Part shown: positions 18,501 to 24,452 of the stretch, piece after piece | Position numbering within the stretch: the stretch's first letter is position 1 | Layout of the letters: each line of letters begins with the position of its first letter | Source: Thermoproteota archaeon | GTDB taxonomy: Archaea > Asgardarchaeota > Jordiarchaeia > Jordiarchaeales > Freyrarchaeaceae | Length of the DNA: 24,452 bases | NCBI GenBank assembly: GCA_029258835.1 | Contig: JAPDJY010000055.1 | Coordinates: 1-24,452, forward strand | Direction of reading: 5' to 3' | Position numbers and translations under genes: made by a program | The notes under the pieces: generated by a model | What the model was told of the DNA's origin: nothing | The model's database searches: none | The model's input: the letters and a program-made list of their open reading frames with translations, nothing else

Positions 18501-19041
18501 GCTCCTTTAAAAGCATACCAGCTGTTATAGTCTTGCCGAGGCCTACGTCGTCTGCAAGCAAAAATCTAGGTTCAGGTATACGTAACATCTTTTTATATAC
18601 AGCCTCAATTTGATGAGGTAATGGATCTATTTTACTTATAGATAGAACAGATGCCTGGTCGTATAAGTACATGTAACGTAGCCTTAACGCATCAACATAT
18701 ATGTCAAACTTTTCTGGCGGGTCAAACACGCTCTTCATTAATCTTTCTAAAGGACTGAGAACCTTCCGGATTTTGAGATGTTGAGGTATCATCTTTAATT
18801 GTCCATCCTTTAAAGACTCGATACTTCTCCAACCATTTACAGTACCAACGAGTTTATACACTCCTGGCATACCATCAACTTGAATCCAATCACCTACATT
18901 CACGCCTTTCTCGTCTACAGGATGAATAATCTTACACTTATGTTTCGTTATGTGGTTCCCACAGAAAAAATTTCCGCAAGAAACACACTGGTAAATGTTT
19001 CCTATATTTAAGAATTTACCACATTCCTTACAGAAGTTCAT
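15583..19041 (-). CDS. SNF2-family (RapA/DrmD-like) helicase with C-terminal DUF3883 (NOV_C) nuclease domain and N-terminal AN1-like zinc finger
   Basis: PLPHQ, LADDVGLGKT, DEAH, TATP, ATDAAAEGIDLQ and PWNPNKIEQRIGRLHRYGQ, then a coiled coil, then GYDILS...FIEVKS...LTSNEW..A.RL..NYWLYVV. The N-terminus is CKEC-x11-CVSC-x4-CGNH-x3-HKC. Likely start is ATG 19041 after GGAGG; the ORF track starts at 19068. Confidence 0.93.
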   Translation of the reverse strand: MNFCKECGKFLNIGNIYQCVSCGNFFCGNHITKHKCKIIHPVDEKGVNVGDWIQVDGMPGVYKLVGTVNGWRSIESLKDGQLKMIPQHLKIRKVLSPLERLMKSVFDPPEKFDIYVDALRLRYMYLYDQASVLSISKIDPLPHQIEAVYKKMLRIPEPRFLLADDVGLGKTITAGMLLKELKLRERVKRILIVVPPALQFKWKKELEERFNEKFQVYTSGMLRGFSVQGDNPWLKFDQIITSIDLAKMQHHRDQLEDVEWDLVIIDEAHKLSAHKYGNNVSYTERFRLGELLHRKAKSFLLLTATPHSGESFAFYKLISLVDPYSFPSENDIDRKKLERIMVRRLKEDVKGLFPPRETKTVSIKLSEIEEEIYEELRKYVSYYFNRAKATKNRGVGFAMVVLQKRMGSSIYALKKSLENRLSKLKELLDGKELPKLTEDDWAIIKEYEENPEDVEEKKLDEVIKKIETITMASNKDELNSEIKQIEKLLELLNEIKADTKAQRLIEFIKELHKEAPHEKILVFTEYRDTMEYLKQLLDEKLFKESGCTERIAYIHGSMDVEEREKQMKLFRENENVKIMVATDAAAEGIDLQYNCHIMVNYELPWNPNKIEQRIGRLHRYGQKKKVVIYNFFEDTIEARVLQRLFEKIEQIKRQMGERVFDVIGKLLSGIKIDELIMDVISAGMEEFETKIEDVLSKIDKNKELIEKLEEECLIRNYLDNAFISKIRKKSQENAIGELDVERFMKKYISFHKGTLKEVRDDVYKVKLTDRLSNMIQRSLLRDGDYITFYRKVADETGAKLVTIDSPVMSKILSICTDPSFGGWATVKIDPRGRKGFLFVFSSFVRNIKGDLVWRALFTLFYDLNTNEVYEVNPKIVWDLKNPKISNLEIPAELLEHLDKCLETVKRKVESLKIDFEKNLKKELKRELKIKREDITNFYKIKIEESRTRIKEYEYRMKFLHEDMRIAIRREKANIKKYKEEYENKREELKNKYTLIEGKDPELIAGAIVLPEIPSSSHATDVRKIEQLGIEEVMRYEVSQGRTPTDVSKEFRGYDILSEGDGEVRFIEVKSFAESGDIELTSNEWLAARRLKNNYWLYVVENVINEKKRDIITIQNPYENLKKLTKIKEVRDFRVVVKRKDWRTIKKNLTAKH

Positions 19042-19882
19042 TAAGAAGCCCTCCTTCAGAAACCGCATATTTCAAACTCTTGCAATAAACACTTCTTCAT
19101 TACTAAACGAGCAGACAATACATTCAATGTAAGAAATGGAAACTTTTATGGAAAACATATTGTTCACCTAGATTGTTATGAAGCAGAATAATTAGTTATT
19201 TTTATTTAACCTCATATTTTTTGTATGATTAATTTTATGGTTTATATATTTTTTGCGCTGTTCCATTATGGAAAGTCTGAGTGAGGAAGGTTGCTCGAAA
19301 ATAAGGGAAATTATTCCTTAAGTTCTATCGATTGATTTTGAAGGAGAACTAAAGTAATTAAAGTAAGTTGAACTAAGATGTTAAGAATGCTGGAGTACTG
19401 TTTCATGTTGTCAACTCTTTTGGTGAAACATTTATGTTAACAATGTATATCGGTGTATATGTTAATAATATGTACGAAGGATAAAAGTGCTTGCGTCTCT
19501 TAAGAAGGATGTTTTGCTATGCATTCGTCTGTCTTAACAGTTTCTGATTTTCTTTCATTGGATTAGAAAATGGAGGACGGTCTCTTATTCAACCTTCTAA
19601 AGACTAGGAATTACAAATTACAAAGGCTGATTTCAAGCTATTGTTAACTATTTTGTTAAAAATTGTGGTGTTTTTCCCCTTTTACCCGGAAATAAATCGC
19701 TGATAATGATGGAGGGGCTTGATGGAGGGGGTCGACGTTGAGTTTATGATATAGCGTAGAGGCCGGCTCTCCTCGCCACCCTAAAGCCTATGATCTTTTT
19801 AGTTTCGATATTTACTATGATATGAAGCCTTAACGAATTCAATTTAATGGAGGTCAGATCTGGGTTGGAGATTTGTGCGCCG

Positions 19883-20566
19883 TTAGATTTTCACGGTTTC
19901 AAGGTACTCTACTAGGTTTTTAAATGCTTTTTGAACGTTTTCGGGTTTTGCGTTTAGGATTAGCTCTTTGACCTCAACTCCTCTTGACCTTGTAAACTCG
20001 TTGACACATTCTTTAGCGGTGCTGTGCTTCCTAACATCCTTCTCCCCGATTTGGTTTTCGAGGAGTAGGAGGCGGACGATGTGGTCGTCGATTGTGTGCT
20101 TATTGTAGGGTAAATCTGGGTCGCTGACGACTTTAACGAAGACCTCAACTCTAATGTTTTCCGACTGAAACCTGAAGGCTCCTTCACCAGCTTCGGTCAC
20201 GCCTACCTCGATTCCGAACGACCTGAGGGAGTCGACGATCGTTCTCACCCTTTTTACTGGACTGTACTCGTCTGCGTCGATTACGATGGCCACGGCTCTG
20301 AGGGTTCTGGAGACGGAGGATAAGGCTACGATGTACCTTGCTACCTCGGTAACAGCATCTCTCCCCTCGCAGTCCGTTACCGCGAGCCCCCTCCCTGCCC
20401 CCTTAAAACACTTGTATATGATACCCTTTAGAACTTCTGAATCTCTCTTTCCTTCACATATGAAGATTACGTCAAGTTTGGTTACGTTCCTGCTCATCTT
20501 GAAAAAGGAATTCTCTTTCGGCTTTAACTGTAGCACTTCATCCAAGGTAGCCACCTTTCTCCTCAA
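19883..20566 (-). CDS. TOPRIM-fold protein (DUF3226-like), partner of the upstream ATPase
   Basis: FICEGKRD (TOPRIM Glu motif) and VIDADE (DxD). It overlaps the ATPase stop by 4 nt. Confidence 0.78.
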   Translation of the reverse strand: MRRKVATLDEVLQLKPKENSFFKMSRNVTKLDVIFICEGKRDSEVLKGIIYKCFKGAGRGLAVTDCEGRDAVTEVARYIVALSSVSRTLRAVAIVIDADEYSPVKRVRTIVDSLRSFGIEVGVTEAGEGAFRFQSENIRVEVFVKVVSDPDLPYNKHTIDDHIVRLLLLENQIGEKDVRKHSTAKECVNEFTRSRGVEVKELILNAKPENVQKAFKNLVEYLETVKI

Positions 20567-21633
20567 ATCAGGTAGAGGAAGCGTGGGTCAAACCCCATCT
20601 CCTCTAGGACCTTCATGTTCTCCGCGGCCAGCTCCCGCACGTCCACAACCCCCTCCTCACTTCTCTCCAAGAAGAAGATTCTAACGTCAATTTTTTTCTC
20701 TTCTGAGATGCCTTTGAGAAGCCTTAGAAGTTCGAGGCTGTGGGTCGTGATAAACACCTGTATGTTGTTTTCCTTCACAAGGGTTAGGAACATGTCAAGT
20801 GTCTTCGCGAGGCCGGAGGGGTGCTGATGGCTCTCCGGCTCCTCAATCAGCAAGACGGTATTCTTAGAGAGGGCGGAGACCATCACGAGGAGAACCGCAT
20901 ACCTCGCCCCATCACCAAGATCATCAACCCTTATGCTCGTCCGCGGAAGCTTGACAGCAAGCTGATACGTCCTCCCCTCATCGTAGGTCGTATAGGTCAG
21001 ATCCTCAACCTCCACCCCGTAGCCTTCTCTAAGAACTTCAACTACAAGCTTATCATACCTCTTCTTCAGCAGGTCATTCCACAACTTCTTTTCCACAACA
21101 TCCATCTCCTGGACTAAAACACTATCAATAAACCTAAAACCAGAGAAGAAGCTAATCCACTCGCCGAACACCTTCCTAACGTCACTGGGAGGAAACCTTC
21201 CATAGCCACTTTTAGTCTTCGAAGAGTAATAAGAAGACTCGATCAAGCATACATGGTCAGCGCCTCTATCTTGTTGGTACTTCACGAGGGGGTGGGGGTG
21301 CCAGTCGAAAACGTCAACTACCACTTCTCCAGCACCCGTGGTTAACCTTATGGAAATCGGGTTTTTAGTGTCGTACTCGTACCATAAAACCTCCCTAGCA
21401 CTCCCCCAGCTGTACCCCCTCCAACACCTCCTATTCAACAAGTACTCTACCTTACTTGAAATCTTCTTTAGTGGCTCTTCAAAGTGGAAGGCAGCCGACG
21501 CTAAATACAGGCTCTCAAGAAGCGAGGATTTACCGCTATTGTTCTTGCCTATAAACACGTTTACCCTTTTCAACCCTTCTACTCTACAGCTCTTAATCCC
21601 ACGGTAGTTCCTCACGGAAAACGAGCTTATCAC
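20563..21633 (-). CDS. ABC/AAA_15-AAA_21 family ATPase (OLD/AbiEii/AriA-like)
   Basis: RNYRGI, Walker A GKNNSGKS, signature LGDG, Walker B/D-loop LLIEEPESHQHP and H-switch ITTHS. Likely start is GTG 21633 after GGAGG. Confidence 0.9.
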   Translation of the reverse strand: MISSFSVRNYRGIKSCRVEGLKRVNVFIGKNNSGKSSLLESLYLASAAFHFEEPLKKISSKVEYLLNRRCWRGYSWGSAREVLWYEYDTKNPISIRLTTGAGEVVVDVFDWHPHPLVKYQQDRGADHVCLIESSYYSSKTKSGYGRFPPSDVRKVFGEWISFFSGFRFIDSVLVQEMDVVEKKLWNDLLKKRYDKLVVEVLREGYGVEVEDLTYTTYDEGRTYQLAVKLPRTSIRVDDLGDGARYAVLLVMVSALSKNTVLLIEEPESHQHPSGLAKTLDMFLTLVKENNIQVFITTHSLELLRLLKGISEEKKIDVRIFFLERSEEGVVDVRELAAENMKVLEEMGFDPRFLYLI

Positions 21634-21994
21634 CCTCCACCACCTCCACACAAGTTCACTACGTATTTCCCCCTTAAGAACCTGTTCCCATTAACGTCGG
21701 AAATTCGTCGCTACCGTCGAGCCAAAGTCTCAAAGCAGCTCCAGAATAAGCTCACACTATGAGGCTCAAGGAGGGATACCGCAAGAAGCATTCTATTCCT
21801 TCCCAACATTCACCTTCCAGTTGCCACATTCTTCGAGAGCCTTAAACTCCTTTAAACCCAGCACTTGGCGACAAAACCCGAAAGCCTAGGCCGGCTTTAA
21901 GGAACAGTTTAGGGTGAGACTTGCCGGCGTGTTAAACTCTTATGTGAAGGAAGAAGGTTAAACAACCTTCAAGCTCTGTCAACAGGGAAAATGG

Positions 21995-22250
21995 GTAAAA
22001 GTAGGTCGACACTCACCAGAAACACGCTAAAAATTGAGGCTGCCAAGAAGCTCTTTAAGAAGGCCGGCAACCCCGACACATTCCTGAAAGGTTGCCTTTC
22101 CTCCTCTCTCAAACTCGACAATGTCGATGACGCCATCCTCCCCTCCCTCACCCTCACAACCGAGCCAAAACCCAATCCTCTTTTATACTAAAACTCCACT
22201 TCCTCCCTAGCTCTCCCTCAGCTCACCCACCACCCTTCCTCCCTCACCTC
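21995..22250 (-). pseudogene. Heavily decayed MNT (COG1669-type) relic
   Basis: Across shifting frames it reads KRIG.FGSVVR/GEGGEDGVIDIVEFE...ATFRNVSGL..FLKELLG...VDLL. Boundaries are approximate. Confidence 0.6.
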
Positions 22251-22409
22251 CCACCCATAAGCCTTATGATAGTAGGTTAAAATCCCCCTTTAGAACATGT
22301 TTTCCTCCCTTGATCAACCTCCATCTTCATATTAACAACACTCAAGATGTAAGCGATTCGTTTTTGCTCGTCAATTGGAGGGCTTTGAAAAGTTTAAGGA
22401 CTATAACGT

Positions 22410-22614
22410 TTAATCTTTCTCTAACTTTCCGTCTTTGCCCGCTTCCAACCATCCTTCTCTCATATCTGCTATTCCCAAGAACTTAACCCCTACATCCTCT
22501 TCTCGAGCAATTCCGTATATCCATTATTCGAAGCCTACCGATATCTCCCAGCCTATCACCATAATCCTCAGGGATCAAGCCGATTTCGGCTTGTTTGAAT
22601 TTGTTTTCTTTCAT
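22410..22614 (-). pseudogene. hsdS: Type I R-M specificity subunit, 5' fragment
   Basis: ATGA-coupled to the HEPN stop. It reads MKENKFKQAEIGLIPEDY..RLGDI, then shifted GYT..AREEDVGVKFLGIADMREG, matching the HsdS N-terminal conserved block and the start of a TRD. Confidence 0.75.
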
Positions 22615-22949
22615 TTCAACTCTTCCAGAATTTTGCTTATATCCTCTTTAAGCTTTGGAACGTCCTCCTTAGCAATTTTCCACACATTTCTGTAGTCAAC
22701 GCCAAAATACCTGTGAATCAGCACATCTCTCAAACCCGCAAGCTGCTTCCAGGGTATATGCCTGTATCTTCTTCTGAAATCATCAGGCACATTTTTAACC
22801 GCCTCCCCTATCACCTCAAGACTTCTCAAAATTGCTCTTTTAAGTATTTCATCGCTAACAAATCCCTCAAACTCTTTGCCTTCTGTTGCTTCCAAAATTA
22901 TTGCACACTCCTCAAGTATATGCTTCAAAAAGGGCTTTACATCCCTCAT
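22611..22949 (-). CDS. hepT: HEPN/DUF86 RNase toxin (HepT-like)
   Basis: RSLEVIGEAVKN and IPWKQLAGLRDVLIHRYFGVD, with an intact R-x4-H-x-Y motif. ATGA-coupled to the upstream MNT. Confidence 0.9.
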   Translation of the reverse strand: MRDVKPFLKHILEECAIILEATEGKEFEGFVSDEILKRAILRSLEVIGEAVKNVPDDFRRRYRHIPWKQLAGLRDVLIHRYFGVDYRNVWKIAKEDVPKLKEDISKILEELK

Positions 22950-23257
22950 ATGTAAATAACCTCCCTTTTTACATACGGCTTTATGTAAGGACTTATAGCA
23001 TCTTCCGAAACAAGGTCTATCTTTCTTCCAAGCTTTTCCTCGAGAAACTCAATAAGGTCAATAAATTTCAACCCGATAGGCTCTGAAAACTCAACAAGTA
23101 TATCAATATCGCTATTTTTAGTTTGCTCATTTCTCACAAAAGAGCCAAACACCCCTATTTTTGAAACTTTAAACTCTTTTTCAAGCACAGGCTTTAATCT
23201 TTTAAGCATTTTTACATATTTTGCAACTTCCCAATCATCAGGTATCAAGCCAATCAC
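22946..23257 (-). CDS. mntA: MNT antitoxin (MntA-like) with an HsdS-derived N-terminal decapeptide
   Basis: Intact GS-x10-DxD (FGSFVRNEQTKNSDIDIL) and FLEEKLGRKIDLV. It begins IGLIPDDWEV, the HsdS conserved motif. Confidence 0.85.
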   Translation of the reverse strand: MIGLIPDDWEVAKYVKMLKRLKPVLEKEFKVSKIGVFGSFVRNEQTKNSDIDILVEFSEPIGLKFIDLIEFLEEKLGRKIDLVSEDAISPYIKPYVKREVIYI

Positions 23258-23379
23258 ACCCCAAACCCCATTTATAATACTTTTTTCAGATCCTTATCAA
23301 CCTCTTTCCTCTCTTCCTCAACTTTTGCAGGTTCAACGAGTACATCCTCAACTGGATGTATTTCTTCTTTTTCATCAAC
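23254..23379 (-). pseudogene. hsdM: Probable type I R-M M subunit, extreme 3' fragment
   Basis: VDEKEEIHPVEDVLVEPAKVEEERKEVDKDLKKVL*MGFGV* resembles the HsdM C-terminal coiled-coil tail ending ..LGF.. It is GTGA-coupled to the following HsdS-like start. Confidence 0.55.
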
Positions 23380-23557
23380 TCATTTGAAATGTTCCTACTT
23401 GCTTCTCCTATAATTTCAAAGCATCCGATGACCGCATACACGGTTTTTTTTACATCTTTCTGAGTTCGTCATATGATAAGCCCTCAATAAACTTCTCTAT
23501 TCTTTCGAGTTCTTCGGCTATATCGGTGATGTAGTCAATGTACGTTCTTTTGGACAT
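23380..23557 (-). pseudogene. HEPN/DUF86 toxin, 5' half only, frameshifted
   Basis: MSKRTYIDYITDIAEELERIEKFIEGLSYDEL../KTVYAVIGCFEIIGEASRNISNE. The catalytic R-x4-H half is missing. Confidence 0.8.
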
Positions 23558-23843
23558 AAACAACCTCCTTGAGAACAATTTTTGCTATTCCTAGCTTTAA
23601 AGCTCTTTTCAGCACAAGGTCAACCTTAACATTCAAAAGATTTTCAAGGTATTCTTCAAGTTCAAGAAACTCAAAGAAGTCTACTGGCTTCTCAAATTCG
23701 ACAAGTACGTCGAGATCACTTTGCTTTTTTTGTTCTCCTCTAACGTAAGAGTTAAAAATTCCGACAGTCTTAACTCCGTATTTCTCTTTCAGTTCTTTTT
23801 CATGCTCTTTGAGAACCCTTTTTATTCTTTCAAGTTCACTCAT
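23535..23843 (-). CDS. MNT antitoxin (COG1669-type), GS motif altered
   Basis: GIFNSYVRGEQKKQSDLDVLVEF (Gly to Asn in the GS motif) and LEEYLENLLNVKVDLV. ATGA-coupled to the hsdS stop. Confidence 0.85.
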   Translation of the reverse strand: MSELERIKRVLKEHEKELKEKYGVKTVGIFNSYVRGEQKKQSDLDVLVEFEKPVDFFEFLELEEYLENLLNVKVDLVLKRALKLGIAKIVLKEVVYVQKNVH

Positions 23844-24300
23844 TTTACACGCACCTTTCCAGTAAGTAGCAATTCCATAACTTTCTCTTTCATTCTTTCG
23901 AGTTTATCTTTTTAGCCTTCTTCATCCCTGTGACTTCATCCCATTTTGATAGGATTTCGGCGATTTTTTGCTGTTCTTCAAGAGGTGGGAGTGGGATTAG
24001 TAGCTTTTTAATGTAATCTTGCGATGCTCTTTATTGTTGTTCTTTTGAGAATGATTCAAGTAAGCTAACGATTTTGGGGGAACTGAGATACCATACAAGA
24101 AAGGTTTAACTTTCGATTTGTTGAGCATAATTTCTGTTAAATCTTAAGTGATTGCTACATCTATTAAGTTAACAGCGGATTTTCCAATCTCCACTCTTGT
24201 TGCGATTATTAGGTTATTTTTAGCAACAATTATTTTTGCTGCACTGTTTTCTAAGCCCTCTTTTGTTAGATATTGCCCAATAGAGTGTTCATCAATACTT
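23840..24300 (-). pseudogene. hsdS: Type I R-M specificity subunit, 3' portion (second TRD + conserved tail), multiply disrupted
   Basis: YLTKEGLENSAAKI...NLIIATRVEIGKSAVNLIDVAI, then IPLPPLEEQQKIAEILSKWDE and KLERMKEKVMELLLTGKVRVK*, with several stops and shifts in between. Confidence 0.88.
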
Positions 24301-24319
24301 ATGAATTCATATGCAACGT

Positions 24320-24452
24320 CTTCAAATAAAGCTTGAGCAAAACTTTTGGCTCTTTCTAAATCTAAATCTGCAACTGCTGTAACTTTTATATTTTCTTCGT
24401 TTTGCAAAGCTTGATATATTTTTAGATGTCTTTGTGCTGCTTTCCCACAACC
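24320..24452 (-). pseudogene. Gfo/Idh/MocA oxidoreductase N-terminal Rossmann fragment, fused in frame to the hsdS relic (runs off the right edge)
   Basis: GCGKAAQRHLKIYQALQNEENIKVTAVADLDLERAKSFAQ matches the family's GxG..a..H....VVAVaD.d.erA pattern. The similarity stops after ~45 aa. Confidence 0.7.

Noticed and set aside
15583-19041. Complete DISARM or BREX system
   Set aside because: No drmA/B/C, methylase, pglZ or brxC is present in the window.

Overview
This window is archaeal. It has TATA/BRE-type promoters, a NikR regulator, COG1669/DUF86 toxin-antitoxin (TA) pairs and a heavily N-glycosylated surface protein. An Asgard or Thermoproteota-type origin is plausible but cannot be proven from the sequence. 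It is an accessory, defence-island-like region with much decay. Apparently intact genes are nikR, a coiled-coil/PD-(D/E)XK-like protein, a RecB-type PD-(D/E)XK nuclease, a double zinc-ribbon protein, a ~1050-aa surface glycoprotein, an SNF2 helicase-DUF3883 nuclease with an N-terminal AN1-like zinc finger, an ABC/AAA ATPase + TOPRIM pair, and an MNT-HEPN TA pair. Broken genes are a P1B heavy-metal ATPase, a propeptide-less proteasome-beta-like gene, a 3-TM effector-like membrane gene, two MNT relics, and a patchwork of hsdS/hsdM/HEPN/Gfo-Idh-MocA fragments at the right end. Three features are not evident from the ORF track. (1) A precise 196-bp hairpin-rich insertion in the ATPase gene looks like a non-autonomous tnpB-derived mini-element, with its own promoter and an omegaRNA-like 3' end. 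(2) A ~300-nt run of long hairpins lies directly downstream of the SNF2 helicase-nuclease. (3) A second two-hairpin element sits at ~10.33-10.44 kb. All family assignments rest on motif recognition by eye; no searches were run.
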